Shown: one piece after another, positions 41,313 to 52,563 of the stretch
Layout of the letters: each line of letters starts with the position of its first letter
How positions within the stretch are numbered: position 1 is the first letter of the stretch
NCBI GenBank assembly: GCA_049860595.1
Contig: CP187551.1
DNA: 64,000 nt
Direction: 5' to 3' (one strand)
Origin: Methanocaldococcus sp. 16A
GTDB lineage: Archaea > AGJL01 > Methanococci > Methanococcales > Methanocaldococcaceae
Notes under the pieces: generated by a model
The model's database searches: none
Seen by the model: the letters and a program-made list of their open reading frames with translations, nothing else
What the model was told of the DNA's origin: nothing
Position numbers and translations under genes: made by a program

Positions 41313-42389
41313 CTATTTAAATTCTCCTAAGATATTTCCTTTCATATCTATAATTATACAACTAAATTTAATTCCTTCCCATCTTTCACTTAACCTTTCG
41401 ACAACTCTTTTAGCAATAGTATTAAAAACTTCTTTTAAAACATCTTTTTCATTTAAAATTTTAATAACTTCCTCTGTTGTATTTGCATATAAAATTTTTT
41501 TTATTGCCTCTTTGTCATCAATAAATAGGGATGAATAAGCAGCTAATATCTCATTTCTACAATCAGCTACCTTTGAATGAGTATTATATATCCCTCCAGC
41601 CAACTTAATTATTTTTCCAGCATGTCCAAAAATTAAAATCTCTTCAACTCCTTTCTCTTTAGCTTTATCAAGCATAAATCCCCAAAAGTTTGAAACTTCA
41701 ATAATCTCATCATCATTAGCATTTAAAAGTAGTTTGGCATATTTAGTTCCAATATTTCCAGGAACAAAAATTAACCTCTTATAACCATTAGCTAAAGCAA
41801 CATCTATTTGTGGTGCTAAAGAATTCATATATGCTTCATTTGACATTGGTCTAACAATTCCAGTTGTTCCCAATATGGATAAACCACCAACTATTCCTAG
41901 TTTTGGATTTAGTGTTTTTTTCGCCAACTCTTTACCTTTTGGTATTGAAATGGTAACTTCTACAACTTCATCATCACTTAACAATTTTAAAAGGTTGTTT
42001 CTAATCATCTCTCTTGGTTTTGGATTTATAGCAGGCTCTCCTTTTTTTATTTGCAAACCATCTTTTGTAACTATTCCAACGCCCTCTCCACCTTTGATAA
42101 TAACATCCTTTTTTCCTTTTTTTAACTCCACTTCAGTAATAATTTCAATTCCGTTTGTTATATCTATATCCTTTCCAGCATCTTTAATAACTACTGCCTT
42201 AGCTTTATTTTCACATTTTTCAATTTTTTCTATTGGAATAATTAATTTATCACCATTTAAATTCTCAATCTCAACATAACTAAGTTTTTTTCCAAATTTT
42301 AAATAGTATAATGCAGAATAGGCCCCAGCAGCAGCACAAGAGCCAGTAGTGTATCCAAATTTTGATTTTCTCCTAAAATCATAAATCAT
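41313..42389 (-). CDS. cbiD: Cobalt-precorrin-5B C1-methyltransferase
   Basis: GYTTGSCAAA, KDAGKD.DIT, GGLSILGTTG. Confidence 0.96.
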   Translation of the reverse strand: MIYDFRRKSKFGYTTGSCAAAGAYSALYYLKFGKKLSYVEIENLNGDKLIIPIEKIEKCENKAKAVVIKDAGKDIDITNGIEIITEVELKKGKKDVIIKGGEGVGIVTKDGLQIKKGEPAINPKPREMIRNNLLKLLSDDEVVEVTISIPKGKELAKKTLNPKLGIVGGLSILGTTGIVRPMSNEAYMNSLAPQIDVALANGYKRLIFVPGNIGTKYAKLLLNANDDEIIEVSNFWGFMLDKAKEKGVEEILIFGHAGKIIKLAGGIYNTHSKVADCRNEILAAYSSLFIDDKEAIKKILYANTTEEVIKILNEKDVLKEVFNTIAKRVVERLSERWEGIKFSCIIIDMKGNILGEFK

Positions 42390-42419
42390 AATCTCCCATT
42401 ATCTTTTTTAGTTATTTAG

Positions 42420-42514
42420 AATAGGACTTTCGCAGGAATAAATTTTTATTGAATATGAACACCTTTAAGGTGTCTAAAGTCCAAATTAGTATATAAAACT
42501 GCGAAAGTCCTATT
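42420..42514. repeat. Family A palindromic repeat (most intact copy)
   Basis: Perfect 16-bp TIR AATAGGACTTTCGCAG/CTGCGAAAGTCCTATT; central ACACCT-TT-AAGGTGT hairpin. Confidence 0.92.
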
Positions 42515-42516
42515 AA

Positions 42517-43650
42517 CTATCTTTTTCTCCTTCTTCTAAACTTTAATTTTTTCGTTATTAATGGGATTCTCTCTACTTCTAAAGCATCAGCAGTTGGATA
42601 AACCTCTGAGATATAGGCTGAGAATGATATAGGAAATCTCTGCCTTTTCATCTCCTCAATAATATCTTCTAATATAAATGGATTTAAGTATATACTTTTA
42701 TCAATAATTTCAAACTCAATCTCATTCTCTTCCAAAATCTCAGCTATTTCTTTTAAATCATCCTCATTGTCAAAAATCATAATGCCTCTCAACAACAATC
42801 CATCTTCTGTTATAACCTCATAAGGTTTAGCAACATTTTTAGCTCTATTTATTAATCTATTTCTCATCTGTATAGCATCTTTTAAAACTGATGGGCAGTA
42901 GTTAATGAATAAACTCCCTTTAAATTCTTTTAAAACTTTTAAAGCAGTTTCTTCACTTCCAGCAATTGCATTGCTTACATCATCTTTCGGCATAAAGCCT
43001 CTTTTTTCCAATTCATAATAGTTCTCTTCAGAGAATTCAAGCTCATTGATATTCATAAATTTGGCTATTCCATCAATTGCTTCAGCCAATTTTAATATAT
43101 CATTTTCCATATTTGGGATTGCTGGAATTTCAACCCCAACATCTTCAATGTACTTATTGCATAAGCTCAATTTTTCACATAAAAGCTTTACATATTCTTC
43201 ATCATAACCTTCATTAAATATCTTTGTTGGATGCAACCTTATTTCATCCAAACCAGCTTCTTTTAAAAGTTTTAAGTTCTCATCATTTACAGTTTCTGGA
43301 GTTGTATATAGATGAGCATGGAATTCATCAAACTCTTTTTTTAATGCCTTTAAGAATTTTATAGTTCTATTTATTTTTAATAAAGGATTTCCTCCTGTTA
43401 TTCCAACACCTTTACTACTACATATCTTAGCTTCTTCTATAGCCTCTTCAACGGTAGTTATTAATCTTTCATTCGCATAAATTACATCTTTATTTTTTCT
43501 CTTTTCAGATAAAGGGCAATAATAGCAATTATTATTACAAATTCCTGTAATAAATAAAACTAATTTTTCCCCTTTAACACATTGCTGACATCCTTTAGGT
43601 AGTTTTTTATAAATTTTTTCCAAATATTTTTCAATATCATCCACATCCAT
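42517..43650 (-). CDS. Radical SAM protein
   Basis: CNNNCYYC (CxxxCxxC), ITGG. Confidence 0.9.
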   Translation of the reverse strand: MDVDDIEKYLEKIYKKLPKGCQQCVKGEKLVLFITGICNNNCYYCPLSEKRKNKDVIYANERLITTVEEAIEEAKICSSKGVGITGGNPLLKINRTIKFLKALKKEFDEFHAHLYTTPETVNDENLKLLKEAGLDEIRLHPTKIFNEGYDEEYVKLLCEKLSLCNKYIEDVGVEIPAIPNMENDILKLAEAIDGIAKFMNINELEFSEENYYELEKRGFMPKDDVSNAIAGSEETALKVLKEFKGSLFINYCPSVLKDAIQMRNRLINRAKNVAKPYEVITEDGLLLRGIMIFDNEDDLKEIAEILEENEIEFEIIDKSIYLNPFILEDIIEEMKRQRFPISFSAYISEVYPTADALEVERIPLITKKLKFRRRRKR

Positions 43651-43711
43651 GTTTTCACCAACATCCTTATTTAAGTAAAGTAATATATACCTAAAGAAAC
43701 TAATATACTTA

Positions 43712-43771
43712 TGGCGGATGATGAACGGAGTAGCTGCTGAGCTGTGATGAGTGATGGGCGAACTGACGCCA
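43712..43771 (+). ncRNA. C/D box methylation-guide sRNA
   Basis: TGGCG/CGCCA stem; ATGATGA-ACGGAGTAGCTG-CTGA...GTGATGA-GTGATGGGCGAA-CTGA; T-rich terminator follows. Confidence 0.92.
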
Positions 43772-43902
43772 CTATTTACTATTTTATTTTAAACATGTTA
43801 ATCAATATATTTAAATTTATTTTAATTTTTATGATAAAGATTTTTATATTTTTTTTCTTATTTTAATTTCTATGAATCTTAAAAATTACTTAAGGTGGAA
43901 TA

Positions 43903-45156
43903 ATGGATATTGGGGATATTATAAAAGTAGAAACAGATAAAGGGATTTTTGAAGGTGTCTTACTGCCCTCAACAGATGAAAACATTATAACTATAAAGAT
44001 GAAAAACGGTTATAACGTTGGTATATTAAAAGAAAATGTAAAAAATATAGAGATTATTGCTAAAGGGGAAAAACCAAAGTATGAACTGCCTCCTCTAAAT
44101 ATTAAAAAGAATGAAAAATTAAAAACTATCTCTATTTTATCTACTGGAGGGACTGTCGCTTCAAAGGTTGATTATAAAACAGGGGCTGTTCATCCTTCTT
44201 TTACAGCAGATGATTTAATTAGGGCTGTGCCAGAGCTTTTAGATATTGCCAATATTAAAGGAAGAGCTGTAATGAACATATTAAGCGAAAATATGAAGCC
44301 AGAGTATTGGAAAAAGATGGCTGAAGAGATAAAAAAAGAGATAGAAGATGGGGCTGATGGGATTGTTATAGCTCATGGAACAGATACTATGAGTTATACT
44401 GCAGCAGCATTATCATTTATGGTTAAAGCAGATGTTCCAATAATTTTGGTTGGAGCTCAGAGGAGTAGTGATAGACCTTCATCAGATGCTGCTTTAAACT
44501 TAATAAGTGCTGTTTTAGCTGCAACAGAAAATATTAAAGGAGTTTATGTTGTTATGCATGGGGAGAGTGGAGATACATTCTGCTATTTACATAAAGGAGT
44601 TAAGGTTAGGAAATGCCATTCTTCAAGAAGAGATGCATTTAAATCTATAAATTCAATACCAGTAGCTAAGATAAATCCATTTACAAAAGAAGTTATTTAT
44701 TTGCAAGAAGTGGAAAAATCAGATAGTAGCAAAAAGATAGAGATAAACACCAACTTAGAAGAAAAAGTGGCTTTAATAAAAATCTATCCAGGCATGGATG
44801 GAGAGATTATTAGATTCTATGTTGATAAAGGTTATAAAGGAATTGTTTTAGAAGGGACTGGTTTAGGACATGCTCCAGAGTATATATTTGAAGATATAAA
44901 GTATGCGATAGATAGAGGAGTTGTTGTTATTATGACAACACAAACAATAAATGGAAGAGTAAATATGAACGTCTATTCAAATGGAAGAGAATTACAAAAA
45001 TTGGGAGTTATAGGTTGTGAAGATATGACTCCAGAAGTTGCTTTGGTTAAATTAATGTATCTCTTAGGAAATTATAAGCCAGAAGAAGTTAAAAGATTAA
45101 TTAATAAGAATTTAGTTGGAGAAATTGAATATAGAAGCAGGTTTGATGCATATTAA
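43903..45156 (+). CDS. gatD: Glu-tRNA(Gln) amidotransferase subunit D
   Basis: [25 protein letters not shown]. Confidence 0.97.
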   Translation: MDIGDIIKVETDKGIFEGVLLPSTDENIITIKMKNGYNVGILKENVKNIEIIAKGEKPKYELPPLNIKKNEKLKTISILSTGGTVASKVDYKTGAVHPSFTADDLIRAVPELLDIANIKGRAVMNILSENMKPEYWKKMAEEIKKEIEDGADGIVIAHGTDTMSYTAAALSFMVKADVPIILVGAQRSSDRPSSDAALNLISAVLAATENIKGVYVVMHGESGDTFCYLHKGVKVRKCHSSRRDAFKSINSIPVAKINPFTKEVIYLQEVEKSDSSKKIEINTNLEEKVALIKIYPGMDGEIIRFYVDKGYKGIVLEGTGLGHAPEYIFEDIKYAIDRGVVVIMTTQTINGRVNMNVYSNGRELQKLGVIGCEDMTPEVALVKLMYLLGNYKPEEVKRLINKNLVGEIEYRSRFDAY

Positions 45157-45184
45157 TTATAAGTAAAACATATTTGGTGATAAA

Positions 45185-47080
45185 ATGGAGATTGATTATG
45201 AAAAAATTGGTTTAAAGGTTGGATTAGAGATTCATCAACAGTTAAATACAAAGAGAAAGTTATTCTGCCACTGTCCTACAATTTTGAGAGATGATGAACC
45301 AGATGGAGAGATTGTTAGAGTTTTAAGGCCTTCGTTAAGTGAGATGGGAGAAGTTGATAGAGCTGCTTTAATAGAAGCAAGGAAAGGGAAGAAATTCATT
45401 TATCAATATTACAATGACACAACTTGTTTAGTTGAGTTAGATGAAGAGCCCCCACATTTACCAAGTGAAGAGGCTTTAAAGATAGCGTTAGAAGTGGCTT
45501 TATTGATGAATATGAATATAGTTGATGTTGCATACACAATGAGAAAGATTGTTATTGATGGTTCTAACACATCTGGTTTCCAAAGGACTATATTCTTAGC
45601 AAGAGATGGATATATAGAAACATCTGAAGGAAAAGTAGGGATAACAAGTTTATGTTTAGAGGAAGATGCGGCAAGAAAGATAGAAGATAGGGGTGATGCA
45701 GTTGTCTATAACTTAGATAGGTTAGGAATTCCATTGGTAGAAATTTCAACAGCTCCTGATATAAAAAGCCCTAAAATGGCTAAAGAAGCGGCAAGAAGAA
45801 TTGGGGAGATATTGAGAGCTACTGGAAAGGTTAAGAGAGGTTTAGGAACTATAAGGCAAGATATCAATATATCAATTAAAGATGGAGCAAGAATAGAGGT
45901 TAAAGGGGTTCAAGACTTAGATTTAATTGAAAAGGTTGTAGAGAATGAAGTTATAAGACAACTAAACTTATTAAAGATTAGAGATGAATTAAGAGAAAGA
46001 AATGCAGAAGTTGTTGAGAAGATATTTGATGTTACAGAAATATTTAAAGATTGTAAATCAAAAATTATACAAAACGCTTTAAAGAAAAAGAATGGAAAGG
46101 TTAAGGCAATTTTATTAAAAGGATTTGCTGGTTTAGTTGGGAAAGAAATTCAACCAGGAAGAAGATTGGGTACTGAATTTTCAGACAGAGCTAAGGTCAT
46201 AGCTGGTGTTGGAGGGATATTCCATACTGATGAATTACCAAAATATGGCATTACTGAAGAAGACGTTAAAAAACTTAGAGAATTTTTAAATGCAAAGGAA
46301 GAAGATGCCATAGTTATAGTTGCAGATGAAGAAAGTAAAGTAGATAAAGCATTAGAGGCAGTAATAGAAAGGGCTAAAGAGGCATTAATTGGAGTTCCTG
46401 AAGAGACGAGAAGAGCTTTAGAGGATGGAAACACTGCATATTTAAGACCTCTACCTGGAGCTGCAAGGATGTATCCAGAAACAGATATACCACCAATAAC
46501 TATAAAGAAAGAGTTTATAGAAGAGATTAAAGCCAATCTACCTGAGCTTCCAGAAGAGAAGTTTGAGAGATTTAGGAGAGAATATAAATTAAATGATGAA
46601 TTAGCTAAAAAGATGGTTTTAAGCTATTATGTTGATTTATTTGAGGAGTTATGTAAGAAATTTAAAAATATTAAACCTTCATTAATTGCTACAACATTAG
46701 AAAATACATTAAAAGAGATTAAAAGAGAAGGATATAATATTGATAAATTAGAAGATAGACACTTTGAAGAAACATTTAAAGCTTTATCTGAAGGAAAAAT
46801 AGCTAAGGAAGGGATTATTGAAGTTTTAAAAGGATTTTGTGAATATCCAGATAAAAGTATAGATGAGATATTAGAGATTAAAGGATTGAAAGGATTATCA
46901 AAAGAAGAAGTAGAACAAATAATTGTAGAAATAATTAAAGAACACTTAGATGTGGTTAAAGAAAAAGGAGAAAAAGCTTATGGATTTTTAATGGGTAGAT
47001 GCATGGCTAAGTTGAGAGGAAAAGCTGATGGAAAGTTGGTTAATGATATATTGAGGAAAAAGTTAAAGGAATGTTTGTAA
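45185..47080 (+). CDS. gatE: Glu-tRNA(Gln) amidotransferase subunit E
   Basis: GLEIHQQL, DGSNTSGFQRT, RPLPGAARMYPETD. Confidence 0.97.
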   Translation: MEIDYEKIGLKVGLEIHQQLNTKRKLFCHCPTILRDDEPDGEIVRVLRPSLSEMGEVDRAALIEARKGKKFIYQYYNDTTCLVELDEEPPHLPSEEALKIALEVALLMNMNIVDVAYTMRKIVIDGSNTSGFQRTIFLARDGYIETSEGKVGITSLCLEEDAARKIEDRGDAVVYNLDRLGIPLVEISTAPDIKSPKMAKEAARRIGEILRATGKVKRGLGTIRQDINISIKDGARIEVKGVQDLDLIEKVVENEVIRQLNLLKIRDELRERNAEVVEKIFDVTEIFKDCKSKIIQNALKKKNGKVKAILLKGFAGLVGKEIQPGRRLGTEFSDRAKVIAGVGGIFHTDELPKYGITEEDVKKLREFLNAKEEDAIVIVADEESKVDKALEAVIERAKEALIGVPEETRRALEDGNTAYLRPLPGAARMYPETDIPPITIKKEFIEEIKANLPELPEEKFERFRREYKLNDELAKKMVLSYYVDLFEELCKKFKNIKPSLIATTLENTLKEIKREGYNIDKLEDRHFEETFKALSEGKIAKEGIIEVLKGFCEYPDKSIDEILEIKGLKGLSKEEVEQIIVEIIKEHLDVVKEKGEKAYGFLMGRCMAKLRGKADGKLVNDILRKKLKECL

Positions 47081-47101
47081 TTAATTTATATTTTTTATCT
47101 T

Positions 47102-47836
47102 TTAGTTAGTAGAAAGTAGTATGACTTCATTAGAACTTTGATTTATTGCAAGTATATACATAGCATTACCTCTTTCTACATATATTGTTACATTTGTTCC
47201 ATTAAATGATAAATAATATTGTCCCCTAGCTTGACTATATCCCTGACCACTTTCATGAGCATTATATATGGAATATTCAATTGGATAGCTTTTATCGTTT
47301 GCTATAACAGTTAACTTTTTAAAACCTTTATCTAAGGTATATTCCATATTGTTGATATATAATGTTATGTAAGGGCCTTTTTTCCATCTAAGGATAATTT
47401 TTGTGGCATATCCTGAAATACCTTCCCCAATATTGTTATCCCCCTGATTATTTATATAATATACAGTCCCATTAGTACTGTAAATTTCTAGTTTATTATT
47501 ATTGGATGAACTTGTTGGACAAATATTAATGTTTTCTGCTGATACAGAATAAGCAGTTATTATTGTTATATTTTCACTTTCATTTATATTTTCATTTATA
47601 TTATCTTCTTCTGTATTAGTATTTTCAGATTCATTAATTAAAATATTAGATTTAAATTGTGCCTCTTCAACAAATAATCCAAGTATCTCTTTTTTAATAT
47701 TTGAAGATTCATTTCCAAGAAATTTTGGGCTTTTTTCAGCCAATTGTAAAGTAACAAAAGTTCCTGCAATTAATACTCCTAAAATTAACAAAATAAACTC
47801 CAAAGATAGTTGTCCTCTTCTTTTAAAAATTGGCAT
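47102..47836 (-). CDS. Class III signal peptide (pilin-like) protein
   Basis: KRRG^QLSLEF plus hydrophobic helix; many NxS/T sequons. Confidence 0.85.
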   Translation of the reverse strand: MPIFKRRGQLSLEFILLILGVLIAGTFVTLQLAEKSPKFLGNESSNIKKEILGLFVEEAQFKSNILINESENTNTEEDNINENINESENITIITAYSVSAENINICPTSSSNNNKLEIYSTNGTVYYINNQGDNNIGEGISGYATKIILRWKKGPYITLYINNMEYTLDKGFKKLTVIANDKSYPIEYSIYNAHESGQGYSQARGQYYLSFNGTNVTIYVERGNAMYILAINQSSNEVILLSTN

Positions 47837-48008
47837 ATAAACCACCTAAGATAAATTTCCATGATTTTTATTATTTTTTATATTTTTCCAAATTTATATA
47901 TTTTGTCGTTTGAAATTCGCATGATTAATGTTCTATCTTATTTCCAAAAGTTATCATCATATTTTCTATAAATTTGTATATTTTAGTATACCATTATATA
48001 TTACATTA

Positions 48009-48117
48009 TATAGTGTTTGTACAAAAGGATTTATAATGAAAAAGCATTGATGAATGTCTTCTAAAATGAAGACATTTAATTTTTCTTATAAAGTTTATTT
48101 TTTTGCATAAAACCATA
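48009..48117. repeat. Degenerate palindromic repeat related to family B
   Basis: Imperfect TIR TATAGTGTTTGTACAAAA/TTTTTGCATAAAACCATA; central hairpin AATGTCTTC..GAAGACATT. Confidence 0.55.
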
Positions 48118-48191
48118 GTTACTTTAACGATATTCTTATATATTCGTTATACCAAAATTTGTATATAAATTAAGCTTTGTAGGGGATAAAT

Positions 48192-48632
48192 ATGATTAAA
48201 TTAAAAAAAAGAGGACAAATATCAATTGATTTTATACTTGCTATATTATTTTTAATGTTAATCTCACTATTTATATTTCATAATATATCTGCATTTAATG
48301 AAGGCTCTACAGAAGCATTAATAGCGGATAGAATGTATAGCATAGCAGATACATTTGAAAATTATGCAATTCTTTCTTATACAAAAAATGAAAGAATTAT
48401 TCTTTATTTAAAACCAATTGGTGTTAAAAGCTATACTATTTATTTTGGAAATAAAAAAATAGTTGTTAATACAACGAGGATTATTACTTTTATTCCTGAT
48501 AGAAATGGAGTAATAGTAAAAGGAGTAGAAGGAGATGTAGAGAATTCAGGATTAAACCTAACTAATGCCATAAAAGTAACTTATGATAATAATAAATACA
48601 TTCTTAAAAATATTTCAATGCAAATTCGGTGA
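48192..48632 (+). CDS. Class III signal peptide (pilin-like) protein
   Basis: KKRG^QISIDF plus hydrophobic helix. Confidence 0.83.
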   Translation: MIKLKKRGQISIDFILAILFLMLISLFIFHNISAFNEGSTEALIADRMYSIADTFENYAILSYTKNERIILYLKPIGVKSYTIYFGNKKIVVNTTRIITFIPDRNGVIVKGVEGDVENSGLNLTNAIKVTYDNNKYILKNISMQIR

Positions 48633-48709
48633 AATAAATAATGTATTATTTAAATTTAATAACATATTAATTTAATAATATTTTATTACAATAACTGAGG
48701 TGTGTTTAT

Positions 48710-51700
48710 ATGAACATAAAATTGATAATTCATATTATTTTTTTAATATTAATATTTAAATTTTTATTTACAGCATGTGGATATATAATAGAAATACATC
48801 CTGGAAGTATGAACATATCAAATAGTTCAGGATATATTAGTGTAAATGATACCCTAACTTTTGAAGCCTTAGCATCTAATATCAGTATAACTCAAGCTAT
48901 ATTAAATGATGGAGTCGTTAAGTGGGACTTTGGAGATTTAAGTGAAACAGATTATAGCTCTAATAAAATAGTTACTCATAAATATAGCTTTCCATTTCCA
49001 TATCCAGTAGCATGGTGCGGATATTTAAATAATACAGGATATTCGAAGGCACTTACATACAATTGGCTTATTGTAGGAAATATTTATAATACAATATATA
49101 TTTTTAATGGTAGTCCTTCACATTCAAACACTAATTGGAATGTTTATTATAACACAACTAATAATACTGTAATAATAAATTATTATTTCCTTACCAAAAT
49201 AAATAAAACATTTTATGGTTTAAGTGTAGATACTCAACAAGTTGATGTAAATGTTAGCAAAGATGATATTGTACCAGGAGATAGTATTGTATTCAATTTT
49301 TCAACAGATAAAAAAATAATATTTTGTGTATGGTGCTTTGGGGATGGTACATTCTCTTTTGAAAAATCTCCAACCCATATATATAATGAACCAGGATTTT
49401 ACTATCCAAGGGTATTAGTTGTTGATGAAGACGGTAAAGTTATGGTTGGTTACTTAGAAGAAGGTATTAAAGTAAATAAACCTATGGGAGGTTATTTTGA
49501 GCCTATAAGAGATATGAATTATGTTTATAACTCATCAGGAGCTAAAAATGTTGAAGATATTTATGCTATGGCTTATAAAGTAAATGACACAATATATTTT
49601 CAACCTAAGGATGATGTAGGTTATTATATAAAATATGATTACGGTGATGGAACCGAAACAGATTACCAATATTATTTAGGTGTAACATATTTTAAACATA
49701 TATATAAATATCCATTTATTTATCCTATTTGTTGGATGTCTGTTAATTACTGGGGATATTATAAAACAGCTTTTTCAGCAACATTAGATTATCTAGTGGT
49801 TGGAGATGTTGGAAATACTAAATATGAATTTATTCCTAAACTAACATCTTCTGATGGTACTCCAAAAGTAGAGTATGACGCTAAAAATCATATTGTAAAA
49901 TTCTATATATATTCAGACAATATTAACAAAACAGTCACTTTAAAATTAAAACAAAAAGTGCATTATGATGTGGTAGTAAAAGCTGAAGAAACAAATAATG
50001 GAATAAAATATAGTTTTGAATATCCTTATGGAAAGCCTGTATTTGTATTGTGGTGTTTTGGAGACAACACATATTCAATGAGTAATTCTCCAGTTCATAA
50101 ATATTTAAACAATGTTGATTACCAAGCTCATGTAATAATTGTTGATGAAAATGGTATAGTTTCTGTAGGTTTTGCACCAGTAGTGCGAAATAATAAAATA
50201 TATAAGACTATGTTATCAGTAAATCCAACTTTCATTAATGTTGGTAATATATCAAATGTCATATATCAAGACCCTAATTTAATATATGATTACTTAGATT
50301 TATATATTGAAAATTATAAATATGAAAAATTGATATATATAAACCTAGAATATGATTATGGAGATTCTACATGGTATTATTATATTTACAACTACAACAT
50401 TAATAATAATGGAGACGTAAAATATGTAGGGGGAATTTGGTATCCAAACATAGATGTGTTAACTTTACAATTTAAATTCAATAAAGAGGGATTATATTAT
50501 GTCGAGGGATATGACGGGTATTATACATCAACAAAGAAAGTTGTTATTAAAACTCATTTTCTCCCAAGATTAATAAAAGTTATTGAAAATAATAATCCAG
50601 TGGCAGTTTTGTATGTCTATCCAAATCCTGCCAGTTATAATACATCTGTAATATTCAACCCATTAAACAGCTATGACCCTGATACCTATAGAGAGCTTAG
50701 CGATGGTTCTGGATACATAATATCGCCAGACGAACCTTATGCAAGAATATATGGATTTAATTTAACTGTATATAACTCTTCAGGAGATGTTGTATGGAAT
50801 TATTCTTCAAATGAACTACAAATAGTATCTCACAAATTTGATGTGGGTAATTACACAGCGGTACTGGCAGTTTGGGATGGATTTGGCGCAAAAAATTCCA
50901 CTAAAGTTAAGTTTGAAGTAATAAATAGACCTCCTGTTGCAGATTTCTTATATCCTAAATATGCAAAAGTTAATGAAACTATAACATTCAATGCTTTGCC
51001 ATCATATGATGCTGATGGAAAAATTGTAAAATATGTCTGGAATTTTGGAGATGGCTATAAAATAGAAACTACATCTCCTATAGTATTCCATGTATATAAT
51101 AAGACTGGAATTTATACTGTGACATTAACTGTTTATGATAATTTGAACGCAGCAAGTACAATATCAAAAACAATAACTGTATACTATCTTAAAGCAGATT
51201 TTGAATGCTCTTATGTTGCAAAACCCAATACATCAATACAATTTATAGATAAATCAGTATCAAATCCAGGAAATATTGTAAAATGGTTCTGGGACTTTGG
51301 GGATGGAAGTACATCTACTGAAGAAAATCCTATTCACCAATATTCAAAAGAAGGAAGTTACATAGTTACACTAACTGTTTGGAATGATTTAGGAATAAGT
51401 GATAAAGTTTCAAAAGTAATAATTATAAGTTACTCAACATATCCACCAATTGCAAGATTCAATTTTACAATAAACGGATTAAATGTAACCTTTGACGCTT
51501 CAAACTCTTACGATATAGATGGAAAAATTGTAAAATACATCTGGGACTTTGGAGATGGAAATAGTATAATAACTACTAATTCAAGAATTTCACACAAATA
51601 TACCAGAAGTGGAATATACACAGTTAAATTGACAGTTGTAGATAATGATGGAAACAAAGGTTCAACGGTAAGATTAGTTTCTGTTAGTGCTACAGAAAAA

Positions 51701-51787
51701 AATGTTCCAATTCCTATATCAGTTGAAATCCTCACTTTGATTACAACATTATTGATAATAAACTACATGATGAGGAGATTCACATGA
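48710..51787 (+). CDS. Multi-PKD-domain cell-surface glycoprotein with PIP-CTERM-type sorting signal
   Basis: Signal peptide, repeated W(D/C/N)FGD motifs, C-terminal VPIP + TM + RR. Confidence 0.9.
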   Translation: MNIKLIIHIIFLILIFKFLFTACGYIIEIHPGSMNISNSSGYISVNDTLTFEALASNISITQAILNDGVVKWDFGDLSETDYSSNKIVTHKYSFPFPYPVAWCGYLNNTGYSKALTYNWLIVGNIYNTIYIFNGSPSHSNTNWNVYYNTTNNTVIINYYFLTKINKTFYGLSVDTQQVDVNVSKDDIVPGDSIVFNFSTDKKIIFCVWCFGDGTFSFEKSPTHIYNEPGFYYPRVLVVDEDGKVMVGYLEEGIKVNKPMGGYFEPIRDMNYVYNSSGAKNVEDIYAMAYKVNDTIYFQPKDDVGYYIKYDYGDGTETDYQYYLGVTYFKHIYKYPFIYPICWMSVNYWGYYKTAFSATLDYLVVGDVGNTKYEFIPKLTSSDGTPKVEYDAKNHIVKFYIYSDNINKTVTLKLKQKVHYDVVVKAEETNNGIKYSFEYPYGKPVFVLWCFGDNTYSMSNSPVHKYLNNVDYQAHVIIVDENGIVSVGFAPVVRNNKIYKTMLSVNPTFINVGNISNVIYQDPNLIYDYLDLYIENYKYEKLIYINLEYDYGDSTWYYYIYNYNINNNGDVKYVGGIWYPNIDVLTLQFKFNKEGLYYVEGYDGYYTSTKKVVIKTHFLPRLIKVIENNNPVAVLYVYPNPASYNTSVIFNPLNSYDPDTYRELSDGSGYIISPDEPYARIYGFNLTVYNSSGDVVWNYSSNELQIVSHKFDVGNYTAVLAVWDGFGAKNSTKVKFEVINRPPVADFLYPKYAKVNETITFNALPSYDADGKIVKYVWNFGDGYKIETTSPIVFHVYNKTGIYTVTLTVYDNLNAASTISKTITVYYLKADFECSYVAKPNTSIQFIDKSVSNPGNIVKWFWDFGDGSTSTEENPIHQYSKEGSYIVTLTVWNDLGISDKVSKVIIISYSTYPPIARFNFTINGLNVTFDASNSYDIDGKIVKYIWDFGDGNSIITTNSRISHKYTRSGIYTVKLTVVDNDGNKGSTVRLVSVSATEKNVPIPISVEILTLITTLLIINYMMRRFT

Positions 51788-52005
51788 AAAAAATGCTCTC
51801 AAATAGGGGTCAAATAACTTTAGAATTTGCTTTATTGTTAGCTGGAATAGTCGCTACAGCCACAATTGTTGGATTTTATTATTTGAAAACTGTAAAGTCC
51901 ACCTCAACTACTGCTAAAAGTTCAAATATAGAAACTACCACAACTGTTGATAATAAAGTTCTTGAACAGGTAGATAAAGTAAAAGAGGTTACAGCAAATG
52001 GATAA
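51784..52005 (+). CDS. Small type IV pilin-like protein (class III signal)
   Basis: NRG^QITLEF plus hydrophobic helix, 73 aa. Confidence 0.88.
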   Translation: MKKMLSNRGQITLEFALLLAGIVATATIVGFYYLKTVKSTSTTAKSSNIETTTTVDNKVLEQVDKVKEVTANG

Positions 52006-52468
52006 TAAAAGATACTTATTAAATTTCTTTATTTTATTAATTTTGATATATCTTTTTTTGAAAAATTTTGAAATAGAAATTGCTAAAATACTAACCATTA
52101 TTATTGGAAATTTACTAAAAATTCCTTATTTTGAAAATAAACTTATTTATAATGAAGAAATATTTTCAATAAATCCTGCATGTACATGTTCTTTTGAAAT
52201 TGCTCTATTTTTGGCTTATGTACTTGCTACACCAAAAGTCCCTCTTAAATATAAATTAACATATTCGATTATTGGTATATTAATTATAAACATTACAAAC
52301 ATATTGAGGATAATTTTTATTTTAAAAAACTCATACTTGACAAATTACATGCTTATTCACAATGTAATAAGCTTTATAATCTTTCCAGTAGCGTTAATTT
52401 TAAATCTCATATGGGTTAAGATATTATTAAAAATAGGCGTAATTAAAATAGGACTTTCGCAGGAATAA
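51998..52468 (+). CDS. Archaeosortase D-like protein
   Basis: ACTC (Cys), NILRI (Arg), IHN (His); next to PIP-CTERM substrate. Confidence 0.8.
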   Translation: MDNKRYLLNFFILLILIYLFLKNFEIEIAKILTIIIGNLLKIPYFENKLIYNEEIFSINPACTCSFEIALFLAYVLATPKVPLKYKLTYSIIGILIINITNILRIIFILKNSYLTNYMLIHNVISFIIFPVALILNLIWVKILLKIGVIKIGLSQE

Positions 52469-52542
52469 ATATACTCATTGGACATAAACACTTAAAGGTG
52501 TCAAAGTTCCTTATTTAATATATAAACTGTAAAAGTCCTATT
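52447..52542. repeat. Family A palindromic repeat overlapping the archaeosortase 3' end
   Basis: AATAGGACTTTCGCAG...CTGTAAAAGTCCTATT. Confidence 0.9.
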
Positions 52543-52563
52543 AAATGATAAGAAGGGGATTTT

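Noticed and set aside
47570-47640. Short NINE/NESEN repeats in the pilin-like protein
   Set aside because: An ordinary low-complexity linker; too short to indicate a diversity-generating mechanism.
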